Source of the DNA: an uncultured Acidobacteriota bacterium
Lineage (GTDB): Bacteria > Acidobacteriota > Thermoanaerobaculia > Gp7-AA8
DNA length: 64,000 nucleotides
Direction: 5' to 3'
Assembly: GCA_963822445.1 (NCBI GenBank)
Contig: CAWGHO010000003.1
Span: forward strand, 896,001 to 960,000
Of the stretch, positions 50,301 to 58,946 are shown one piece after another (the first letter of the stretch is position 1; each line of letters opens with the position of its first letter). The notes under the pieces are model-generated. The model saw only the letters and a list, made by a program, of their open reading frames with translations. It searched no databases and was not told where the DNA came from. The position numbers and the translations under genes are program-made.

Positions 50301-53300
50301 GCTGACCACGCCCTCGGTCGGCGCACCGCCGCTGTTGGTCGCGGTGATCGTGTACGTTCTGGCCGCATCACCCTGCACGAAGTTGCCGGTGTGAGTCTTG
50401 GTCACGGTCATGTCCGACAGAGGACAGGTGTTGAGCAATATCGAGACGCTGGCTGCAGTGCTGTTGGCAATGGCCAGATCGGGCTTGCCGTCGCGATTGA
50501 AGTGAGCCGCGACGAGCGCCGCCGGGCCGTTCCCTGCGCTCGAATGCACAGCGGACTCGAACACGCCCGTGCCCGTGTTGAAAAGAACGGAGACATTGTT
50601 CGAACCGTTGTTCGTCACGGCGAGATCGAGGCTGCCGTCAGCATCGACATCGCTGGCGACGAGCATCGACGGAGCCGTTCCGACCGCGTAATTCAACGCC
50701 GCCTGGAAGGTGCCGTTGGCGTTTCCGCGAAGAACGGAGACGTCGTTCGATCCGCCGTTGGAAACGGCCAGATCGAGCTTGCCGTCGCGATTGAAGTCGC
50801 CGGCGGCGATCGATGATGGACTCGTGCCCGCGGCAGTGATCGTCGCGGTCTGGAACGTGCCGTTTCCATTGCCCAGGAGAATCGAGACGTTGTTTGACCC
50901 AGTGTTGGCGGCAGCGATGTCGGCGCGGCCGTCGCGATTGAGGTCGGCGGTCGCCACGGCAGAGGGATTCGTTCCCACGGCGTAATTCACTGCCGCCTGG
51001 AAGGTGCCGTTGCCATTGCCTAGGAGAACGGAGACATTGTTCGATCCGCCGTTCGCCACGACGAGGTCGAGCCTGCCGTCGCCGTTGACGTCGCCCGCCG
51101 CCACGGAGCGGGGATTGGTGCCCGCGCCGTAGTTCGCGGCGGTCTGGAAGCTGCCGTCGCCGTTTCCGATGAGGATCGAGACGTTGCCCGAGCCGTTGTT
51201 CGCGACTGCGAGATCGACTGTGCCATCGCCGTTGAAATCGCCGGCGATCAGGGCGTCGGGGTCGTCGCCGGCGGCGTAATTGCCACCCGCGGTGAACGTG
51301 CCGTCGCCGTTCCCGAGCTTGACGGAAACGTCGTTCGCACTCTTGTCGGCGATGGCGAGGTCGATCCTGCCGTCGCCATTGAAATCGGCGGCGGCAAGAG
51401 CGTCGGGAGTGGTGCCGGCGGCGTAATCGACCGCGGCAGCCCAGGTACCGCAGTTCAACGCGCAGACGCTCGAATTGAACAATACGGAGACGTTGGCGGA
51501 GGTCGGATTTGCGACGGCGATGTCCGCTTTTCCGTCGCGATTCAGGTCGGCGATGATCGCCTGATTCGGATTGGTGCCGGCGACATATTGAGTCGCGGCC
51601 GCAAAGGTTCCGTTTGTATTTCCGCGAAGCAGCGAGACAGGTCCGCTACTGCTGGCAGTCACGAGGTCGAGCTTGCCGTCGCCATCGATATCCCCGGCCG
51701 AGACGGAATACGGCCCGGTGCCGGTCGCGTAATTGACAGCCGCGTCGAAGGTGCCATCGCCGTTTCCGGTCAGGACGCCGATGTTGTTCGAGGTGTAATT
51801 CGAAACGGCCAGATCGAGCGCACCGTCGGCATTGAAGTCACCGATGGCGACGGAGGAAGGCGCGCCGCCGACGGTCAGGTCCACGGCCGCGCCGAATGTA
51901 CCGTCGCCATTGCCGGGGAGAATCGACACCTTGCCGGCGTTGTAATTCGCGACGGCGAGATCGTTCCGGCCGTCTGAATCGAAATCTCCGATCGCCACCC
52001 AGAACGGGCCGGAGCCGGTGCCGTAATTGACCGCCGACTGGAACGTGCCGTCGCCTGCGCCTTTGAGGATCGAGACGTTGCTCGAGCCATTGTTCGCGAC
52101 GGCGAGATCGATCTTTCCATCGCCGTCGAAATCGCCCGCGGCAACTGAAAACGGACTGACGCCGGCTGAGTAATGGACCGCGGACTGGAAGGCGCCGTCG
52201 CCGGTGCCGAGGAGGATCGAGACGTCGTTCGAGCCGGAGTTCGCGACGGCGATGTCGGTCTTGCCGTCGCCGTTGAAATCGCTCGTGGTCACGGCGATGG
52301 GAGCGGTGCCGACTTCGTGATAGACCGCCGAGAGGAACGAAGTGCCGTTTCCGCGGAGCGTCGCAACGGTTTTGCCGGTGACGTTGGCGACTGCGAGATC
52401 GACGATGCCGTCGCGGTTGAAATCACCCGCGGCCAGAGCGGCGGCGCCGGCGGCCGAATAGTCGATCCGCGCATTGAAAGAGGGACAGCCAACGACGGGA
52501 GCGGTAGTGACGACACTCACGTTGGCGACGGTCGCGTGTGCGATGCCGTCGGCGATTCCCGAAATGACGAGCGGATAGTTTCCCGTCGGCGAGGAGGCGC
52601 CGATGTTGAGGGTCAGCGTCGAGGTGGTGGTGGCCGACGAGGGACTGAAGGAGCTCGACGATCCGCTGGGCAGACCGCTGACGGAAAGCGCGACCGAGCC
52701 GGTGAATCCGGCCGATGGCGTGATCGTGATCGTGTAGGTCGTCGAATTGCCGCGGACCACCGTTCGCGTCGACGGGCTCGTGGTGATCGAGAAATCGGGG
52801 CCGAGAGGAGCGCCGATCGCTTTCGCCGCATTGAGGCGGCCCCCGGTGATGGTCTTGCCTGAGAGGCTGGAAAGCGGATCGGTGTTGTCGAGGATCTCGC
52901 TCTTCACCTCGGCCGTCGTCAACGCGGGCGTGCTTGCCAGGATCAACGCGGCGACGCCAGCCACGTGCGGCGCGGCCATGGAGGTGCCGCTGAGATATCC
53001 GTACGACGCGCCGGGGAAGGTGGAGTAGACGTCGACACCCGGCGCGCCGAGGTGCACGGTGGTCGGGCCGTAGCTCGAGAAATACGCGATGCCGTCGGTG
53101 TTGGTCGTCGCCGCGACCGAGATCATGTTGGGGGTGGCGTAATTCGCCGGGTACTTGGGATAGAAGTCGTTGTTGCTCGAGTCGTTGCCGGCTGAAGCGA
53201 CGAACAGGATGTCGTGCTCGTTCGCTTTGTTGATCGCGTCGAGCAGCGATTTGGAAAAGTAGCCGCCGCCCCAGCTGTTCGACAGCACGCGCACGTTCAC

Positions 53301-54104
53301 GCCGTCGATCTTTGCCTGGACCGCGAAGTCGATCGCGGCGATGGCGTTCGCGGTCGTGCCGTAACCGTCCGCGTCCAGGAACTTGAGTCCCATGATCGAC
53401 GTCGTCCAGTTCACGCCGGCGACTCCGAGGGAGTTGTTGCCTACTCCGCCGATCGTTCCCGAGACGTGCGTGCCGTGGTAGTGATTGTCGTGCGGATCAC
53501 AGGTCTTGGTGATGGCGTTGAACCCGTGCGTGCCGGCGGCGCAGGTGACGTTTCCTTTGCCGCCGGGGTTGTTCCAGATGTTCGCGGCGAGGTCGGGATG
53601 GTTGTAGTCGACGCCGGTGTCGACGACGCCGACGACGATCGATGCGGATCCCGTGGTCACGTTCCACGCTGCCTCGGCATTGATGTGGGAGCCCGGAAAT
53701 CCGGGCGAGCCGCCGATCGATTGCCCGGTGTTCTTCAGGCCCCAGAGCAGGCCGAACGAGGTGTCGTTCGGCGTCGCCACGAGACGGAGGACGTAGTTCG
53801 GCTCGACGTATTCGATGTTGGGGTTCTTTTCGAGGGCCGCTGCAAGGGCTTCGACGTTCTTCGAGCGCGAACGGAAGCGCATGACCGTTCCCGACGCGAA
53901 ACTCGCAACCCGTTCCGACTCCTCGGCGTCGGCGATCTGCTCGAGGTTCGCCAGCGCGGCCTGCGAGGCCCCCTTCCTGATCTTGATCAGGACCTCGCGG
54001 GGAACCGATCCTCCGGTGGGCTTGATCGCCGGCGCGGCGTTGGCGGAAATCGCGAAGACGAGAATGAGGAGCGAGCGGACGAGTACACGGAGCGTCGTGT
54101 GCAT
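47346..54104 (-). CDS. 2252-aa secreted S8 subtilase with 21 FG-GAP repeats, 4 DUF11-like Ig domains, FN3 and C-terminal repeat domain
   Basis: Catalytic VDTG/HGTHV/GTSMAAP; DFNxDGxxDL repeats; DLTI.K..GWxC...C repeats. Confidence 0.92.
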   Translation of the reverse strand: MHTTLRVLVRSLLILVFAISANAAPAIKPTGGSVPREVLIKIRKGASQAALANLEQIADAEESERVASFASGTVMRFRSRSKNVEALAAALEKNPNIEYVEPNYVLRLVATPNDTSFGLLWGLKNTGQSIGGSPGFPGSHINAEAAWNVTTGSASIVVGVVDTGVDYNHPDLAANIWNNPGGKGNVTCAAGTHGFNAITKTCDPHDNHYHGTHVSGTIGGVGNNSLGVAGVNWTTSIMGLKFLDADGYGTTANAIAAIDFAVQAKIDGVNVRVLSNSWGGGYFSKSLLDAINKANEHDILFVASAGNDSSNNDFYPKYPANYATPNMISVAATTNTDGIAYFSSYGPTTVHLGAPGVDVYSTFPGASYGYLSGTSMAAPHVAGVAALILASTPALTTAEVKSEILDNTDPLSSLSGKTITGGRLNAAKAIGAPLGPDFSITTSPSTRTVVRGNSTTYTITITPSAGFTGSVALSVSGLPSGSSSSFSPSSATTTSTLTLNIGASSPTGNYPLVISGIADGIAHATVANVSVVTTAPVVGCPSFNARIDYSAAGAAALAAGDFNRDGIVDLAVANVTGKTVATLRGNGTSFLSAVYHEVGTAPIAVTTSDFNGDGKTDIAVANSGSNDVSILLGTGDGAFQSAVHYSAGVSPFSVAAGDFDGDGKIDLAVANNGSSNVSILKGAGDGTFQSAVNYGTGSGPFWVAIGDFDSDGRNDLAVANYNAGKVSILPGNGDGTFGAAVDLTVGGAPSSVAIGDFNADGALDLAVSNYTSNNIGVLTGNGDGTFDAAVNYATGTGPYSVSAGDIDGDGKLDLVTASSSGPVSLLRGNTNGTFAAATQYVAGTNPNQAIIADLNRDGKADIAVANPTSANVSVLFNSSVCALNCGTWAAAVDYAAGTTPDALAAADFNGDGRIDLAIADKSANDVSVKLGNGDGTFTAGGNYAAGDDPDALIAGDFNGDGTVDLAVANNGSGNVSILIGNGDGSFQTAANYGAGTNPRSVAAGDVNGDGRLDLVVANGGSNNVSVLLGNGNGTFQAAVNYAVGTNPSAVATADLNRDGRADIAAANTGSNNVSILLGNGNGTFQTATITAAGTSPSSIAAGDFNRDGKLDLAVSNGGSNDVSVLRGNANGTFQAALNYAVGTAPSMLVASDVDADGSLDLAVTNNGSNNVSVLFNTGTGVFESAVHSSAGNGPAALVAAHFNRDGKPDLAIANSTAASVSILLNTCPLSDMTVTKTHTGNFVQGDAARTYTITATNSGGAPTEGVVSVKDTLPAGLTATALSGTGWSCSAATLLCTRTDSLAPGASYPAITLTVKVASSAPASVTNTATVAGGGELDALNNTASDQTTVEPVTDLTITATHSGNFAQGDTGRTYKLLVRNAGGLATAGLVTVVDTLPAGLTATAIAGTGWNCTLGNLTCTRSDALAANTAYPAITLTVNVAANAPTSVTNVAAVTGGGDGVATNNTASDLTVIWNSQNCGSFGISVQYDTGDNPQDLAMGNFNGDAYADLVVANYYADNVSIYLGNGDGTFATASKYAVGDAPIAVATGDLTNDGISDLVILNQYSGSVSVLLGNGNGTFAARVQYPVSDYVNSVALGDFDGDGDLDVAATEGAYQGVVHILLGNGNGTLQTAAEYPAGQYPQSLTVADFDGNGRLDLVVSSEYGGLWVLLGNGNGTFQSAVQYASGNSTYWVSAGDFNRDGNVDLVAGSYYSGTAFVSLGNGNGTFQAPVIFQVSYGSFSATVEDLNGDGKADLVIVNGSSNRVVILLGNGDGTFQPEMSYSVGNGLTALVIGDFNADGRPDLAVTTAHNDKLIVMSGGCPDLTIAKSHAGNFKRGQTNAKYTLNVANIAAGGTLGQVTVTDVLPAGLTATAMSGSGWSCTLATLTCTRSDTLGSGSYPDISLFVTVSETAPASVTNTATVSGGADAVTSNNSASDPTTIVQGADLTITKTRLGPLARGQQGATYYINVGNSGAAPSSGTVTVTDAVPTGITPIALTGSGWNCDLAAVTCSRTDSLAVNQTYPVIILNVNVSVNAPATLTNTANVSGGGDVVPSNNSATDVANVLFTPTNLIATAATSSSVALTWTAIPNAPGYDILRSSNGGPLVLVKTVGGNSTTDTGLVPYTTYTYRVRVSVAPLPELSSPDLATTVIFTDDPLGPGTGMKAVHVNELRGAVNAMRAAAGLAAQTFTDSVTIGGPFKALHITELRSSLNAARTALGLPAIAFTDPALTAGTTMVKAAHVSELRNGVK

Positions 54105-54279
54105 GGATTCGGAACCCTGGGCATTCGCGAGCTGACAGGCGGGCGGGATCAGCCGGAAATCGGCCGTTCGAGCGTCGTCACGTTTGCCCGGTTTGCGAGT
54201 TATTTTGGACCGCGAGCACTATACGGAAGGACGGCCGGTCGTTCAACGCAATAATTGCTGGCGCTCGGGAGGGAAGGGG

Positions 54280-54355
<76 letters not shown>

Positions 54356-54371
54356 GGCAGAAGCGGCGCGG

Positions 54372-54399
54372 AAGATACCACAGCCGTTTTCGGTGGCAA
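54372..54399 (-). promoter_or_regulatory. sigma70-like promoter for tRNA-Phe
   Basis: TTGCCA-16nt-TATCTT with extended TG. Confidence 0.5.
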
Positions 54400-54445
54400 G
54401 CCTCGACGTAAACGCATGAGCCCGTGAATCATTCCGTTTCGCCCG

Positions 54446-54473
54446 TTGACATGGCCCGGATCCCGCGTACACT
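54446..54473 (+). promoter_or_regulatory. sigma70-like promoter upstream of riboswitch
   Basis: TTGACA-16nt-TACACT. Confidence 0.65.
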
Positions 54474-54500
54474 CCTCCAGCCGCCATTTGGGTGGCGGCC

Positions 54501-54640
54501 TTGCCGCCTAATCCTCGGCGCCGAGGAACGGGGGAACCAATTAGCGACGGCTTGCCACCGTCCGGGGTGAATCCAGCCAGAAGCTGGTAGGGCTTCCAGC
54601 CCGAATCCGACAGCTAACCTCGTAGGCAGCCGGAAGGCTC
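54501..54640 (+). ncRNA. c-di-AMP riboswitch (ydaO/yuaA class)
   Basis: Conserved blocks AATCC..GGAACGGGGGAACCA, GGGGTGAATC..GTAGGG, CCCGAATCCGACAGCTAACCTCGTAGGC. Confidence 0.88.
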
Positions 54641-54647
54641 GGCCAAG

Positions 54648-54683
54648 CAAACGCCGCGAAGAAATTCGCGGCGTTTGTCATTT
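54648..54683 (+). terminator. hairpin downstream of riboswitch (possible expression-platform terminator)
   Basis: CAAACGCCGCGAA-GAAA-TTCGCGGCGTTTG followed by TCATTT (weak U-tract). Confidence 0.5.
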
Positions 54684-54872
54684 GCGCGAACATTTGCGCG
54701 AAAAATCCATCCCGATGGATCCCCCGCAACGGCGTCTTGAACGATCCACCTTTTTCGGAATTGACTCCGCCCGCCGCAAACGATAGAAGCAGCAGGTAGT
54801 TGACGGTTTCCGGCATCGGCGGCTGGAAACCTGCACAACCACGGCGTTCTGAAACCTTTGAAAGGAGCCGAT

Positions 54873-57871
54873 ATGAAACGGTGCCCTCCCCTTTGGTATC
54901 GCGCGGCATGGGCCGCGATGCTCGTATCACTGCTGGCGTTCGGTGCATACGGGCAAGGTGCGCAGTCCGGCAATATTTTCGGCACGGTAGCGGGCAGTGA
55001 CGGAGGCGCCCTCCCGGGCGTGACCGTAGTCCTGACAGGCGGCGGTGCTCCACAGACCACCGTCACCGACGCTCAGGGACGTTTCCGCTTCATCAACCTG
55101 TCTCCCGACACGTACTCGCTGCGAGCCGAGCTTGCCGGCTACGGCACCGCGGAACGGTCGGGCGTCACGGTGAACATCGGACGCAACGCCGAAGTCTCGA
55201 TGACGCTGAATCCCTCCGTCTCGCAGACCATCACGGTCACCGCCGAGACCCCGCTGCTCGACGAGCGGCGCACCGGCACGGGCACGACGATCACCGAGAT
55301 CGAGCTCGAAGAAGATCCCGACCGCGCGTGACCCCTGGGCGATCCTGCAGCAGACCCCGGGCGTGCTCAGCGACCGCATCAACGTCGGCGGCAACGAGAG
55401 CGGCCAGCAGTCGACCTTCGTTTCCAGGGCATCACACCAGCGACGAGGCGACGTACGGCGGTGGACGGCGTGGTGATCACCGACATGGCGGCCACCGGCT
55501 CCTCGCCGGCCTACTACGACTTCGACTCGTTCGAAGAGATGCAGGTCACGACCGGCGGCACCGACACCGCGCGTGCAGACCCCGGCGCGCACGATCAACA
55601 TGGTGACCAAGCGCGGCACCAACGAGTGGCGCGGCTCGGGCCGTTACTTCATGACCCCCGGCGACTATCAGGCCGAGGCCTCCGTTCCGGCCGAGGCGTT
55701 CTATCTCCAGCGCACGCAACGAGATCGAAGACATCACCGAATGGGGCGCGGAGATCGGCGGCCCGATCATCCGCGATCGTCTCTGGTTGTGGGGCGCCTA
55801 CGCCGACCAGCAGATCGACCTGTTCACCGCGCAGCCGATCAACACGACGGTTCGCTACTCCGACAAGACCACGCTCGAGACCTTGAACGCGAAGGTCAAC
55901 GCCCAGGTCTTCAGCAACAACAGCTTCACCGGCTTCTACACGGACAACCAGAAGATCAAGATCGGCCGGAACATCGGTCCGCTCCGTCCGCCCGAGACGA
56001 CCTGGAACCAGGGGGCGTTCGGCCCGCGTGGAACGTTCAAGCTCGAAGACACGCACATCTTCTCGTCGAGCTTCTACCTGACCGGCATGTACTCGAAGGT
56101 CAACGGCGGGTTCTATCTCGCCGCGCAGAGCGGTGAGAACTGCACGTCCATCGATTGCATCCGCTCGGTGCCGAAGGCGATCGTTCGCGACGTCACCGGC
56201 GGTGACCACCATCTCGAATACCGCAACACCTACTTCTCGCCGTTCGGCGAGCGTCCGCAGGAGCAGACCCGCCTCGACGGTTCGGCGTTCTTCTCCACCG
56301 GCGCGCTGAACCACGAGCTGAAGTTCGGTTTCGGCTATCGCACGGCCGGCACGCACAGCGTCTCCATCTGGCCGCAGGGGCAGTACATCCTCGACCTCGA
56401 CGGCGCGGGTTTCGGCCTGACCTACTTCCAGTCGTCCGACTTCGTGAACTACGAGTACGACTACAACGACATCTACGTCGGCGACACCATGCTGTGGGGC
56501 AATCTGACCCTGCAGGCTGGTCTCCGTTTCGACCGCCAGAAAGCCTCAGCCGGGGATCAGATCGGTCCCGAGAATCCGATCGTTCCTGAATTTCTGCCCG
56601 CGCTGTCGATCAGTGGAAGTGAGATCGACACGATGGAATGGGAGAGCATCTCGCCACGAATAGGCCTGACCTACGCGCTGGGGCAGGACAAACGAGCACT
56701 GGTACGAGCTTCATACAATCGATTCGTCGGTCAATTAGGGTCGAACACATCAGGCTACGCCGGCGTCATACCGGTCTCGTACAGATACATATCCTTCCTG
56801 ACCTTCGATGAAAATCTGAACGATCTCATCGAGGAAGGGGAGGTTCTGTACAACTACGGGCCGTACGGTTGGCTGGGACTCGATCCCGACAATCCGAGCT
56901 CGGTCATCCCCACCACCCGGGTGGATCCCGACATCGAAGCGCCAACGACCGACGAGTACATCCTCGGCTTCGAGTACGAGATGTTCCGGGACTTCGTCGT
57001 CGCGGTGAACTACACCCACCGCGACATCGATCAGTTCGTAGGAACACGATTCGAGAAAAACCGCGGCATGGGGGACTACATAACCGCAGCCGACTATCAG
57101 CTGCGGGTCAACGGCGATACCGGGCAACCGTTCCCCGCTACGAGACCGGGCGGCGTGACCGAGGTAGGCAACTACTCGGTACCGGTCTATGAGTTGAAGC
57201 CCGGCATCTCACCGAACTTTTCAGTTCTGACGAACCTGCCCGGTTATTCGCAGACGTATGACGGCATCGAGCTGTCTCTCGTCAAGCGGATGAACAACCG
57301 CTGGATGTTCCGCGGCAACTTCTCGTTCAACGACTGGACCCAGGACGTCGATCCGCAGTACTACGATCCGACGCCGGTTCGCGTCGGCTCGGGCTGCTCG
57401 AACTGCGACGGCGCCGACGTCGTCGAGCAGTCGACCGGCTCTGGCAACAAGGGCAGCGTCTGGATCGATGCCGACTGGGCCTTCAATATTGCCGGCGTCT
57501 ACCAGATCCCGGTCATCGAGACGAACTTCGGCGTGAACTTCACCACCCGCCAGGGTTATCCGATCCTCTACGTCCACAACGCGGACGTGACCCAGGCCGG
57601 TGCGGACACGAAGAACGTCCTCGTCGAAGAAGTCGGTGCGAGCCGCCTCGACAATCCGTACTCGCTCGACCTTCGCCTGTCGAAAGACTTCCGCTTCCGC
57701 GGGGTGGGGCTGGAAGTGGCCGTCGATGCCTTCAACATCACCAACGAGCGCACCGTCCTGCAGCGCAACTCCAGTCTGACGTCGTTCGACGCGGCCGTTG
57801 CGTCGCGCAACCGCATCACCGAGCTGCAGAGTCCCCGCGTTCTCCGGTTCGGTGCCCGCTTCTCGTTCTAA
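54873..57871 (+). CDS. Oar-like TonB-dependent receptor with N-terminal carboxypeptidase-regulatory domain (frameshifts 55.3-55.8 kb)
   Basis: AGGAG RBS; GGALPGVTV..TDAQGRFRF; RDPW/TPGV; EEMQVTTGG; GLRFD; SPRIG; C-terminal PRVLRFGARFSF. Confidence 0.87.
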
Positions 57872-57899
57872 GCCCCTTGGATCACAATGGTTCCACCAG

Positions 57900-57935
57900 C
57901 CCGCCGGGAATTCTCCCGGCGGGTTTTTTTCTTTT
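57900..57935 (+). terminator. rho-independent terminator
   Basis: CCCGCCGGGA-ATTC-TCCCGGCGGG followed by T7. Confidence 0.85.
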
Positions 57936-57971
57936 CCGTGCGCCGTCACCAACAACCCGGAGGTCCTGACT

Positions 57972-58946
57972 TTGATCCGATCAGCACGTTTCTTTGCGGT
58001 GAGTCTCGCTCTGTGCGCCGCCCTCGGCGCGTCCGCACAGGCATGGAAGGGCGTGGCCCGGATTCAGGGCGTCGTCGTCGATGCCCAGGGCAAGGCCATC
58101 AAGGGCGCGAAGGTTCACCTGAAGTCGGTGCGGATGGATGGCGCCGGCCCCAAGCCGATCGTCACCGACGACCGTGGCAAATGGGCCGCCCTCGGGCTGG
58201 CCAGCGGCAAGTGGAACGTCGACGTTGAGGCCGAGGGCTTCCTCCCGCGCGCGACGAGCGTGGAGCTCAGTGAGCTCACGCGCATCCCGCCGATGAAGAT
58301 CGAGCTCGAGGCCGCGCCGCCTCCCGCTCCGAAGGAAGAGCCGGCCGCGGTGGAAAGCATTCAGGTTGGTGGCGTCGAAGTCACTCCCGAGATCGCGCAG
58401 GCCCTCGAAGCGGCGAACGGCTTCATGAAAGAACAGAAGTGGAAGGAAGCGGCCGCCGAATACGAAAAGGCGGTGGCCGTTCTTTCCACGAACATGTCTC
58501 TCAAGTTCGCGCTGTCCCGCGCGTACTACGGCGCGGGGGAGATCGACAAAGCGATCAACCAGCTGCAGGCGGTTTACGCGGCGGACAGCGGCAACATGAC
58601 CGCGGCTACGCTGCTCACGGACATGCTCCTCGAGAAGGGGCGCATCGACGAGGCCAAGAAGATTCTCGCCGCGCTGCCGCCGGGCGCGCTCTCTGATCCC
58701 AACACGATCATCAACCTCGGCATCCGCTTCATGAATCAGAACAAGGGCGAAGAGGCCCTGAAGTACTTCAATGACGCCGTCGGCGTCGCGCCGGATCTCG
58801 CGGCCGCTTATTACTACCGCGCCGTTGCCTCGCTGTCGCTCAAGAAAATGGCGGACGCGAAGAAGGACCTGAACAAGGTTATCGAGATGGCGCCGGATTC
58901 ACCCGAGGCCAAAGACGCGAAGGAACTGCTCGCTCAGATGAAATGA
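57972..58946 (+). CDS. secreted protein with carboxypeptidase-regulatory-like domain and TPRs
   Basis: GGAGG before TTG; signal peptide; GVVVDAQGKAIKGA; TPR repeats. Confidence 0.85.
   Translation: MIRSARFFAVSLALCAALGASAQAWKGVARIQGVVVDAQGKAIKGAKVHLKSVRMDGAGPKPIVTDDRGKWAALGLASGKWNVDVEAEGFLPRATSVELSELTRIPPMKIELEAAPPPAPKEEPAAVESIQVGGVEVTPEIAQALEAANGFMKEQKWKEAAAEYEKAVAVLSTNMSLKFALSRAYYGAGEIDKAINQLQAVYAADSGNMTAATLLTDMLLEKGRIDEAKKILAALPPGALSDPNTIINLGIRFMNQNKGEEALKYFNDAVGVAPDLAAAYYYRAVASLSLKKMADAKKDLNKVIEMAPDSPEAKDAKELLAQMK

Noticed and set aside
54761-54830. Second promoter or structured RNA before the receptor (TTGACT; GGTTTCC..GGAAACC hairpin)
   Set aside because: Weak -10 (TAGAAG) and no recognisable RNA family
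55300-55800. Several frameshifts in the TonB receptor as phase variation
   Set aside because: No homopolymer or microsatellite tract at the shifts; same pattern as the other apparent errors
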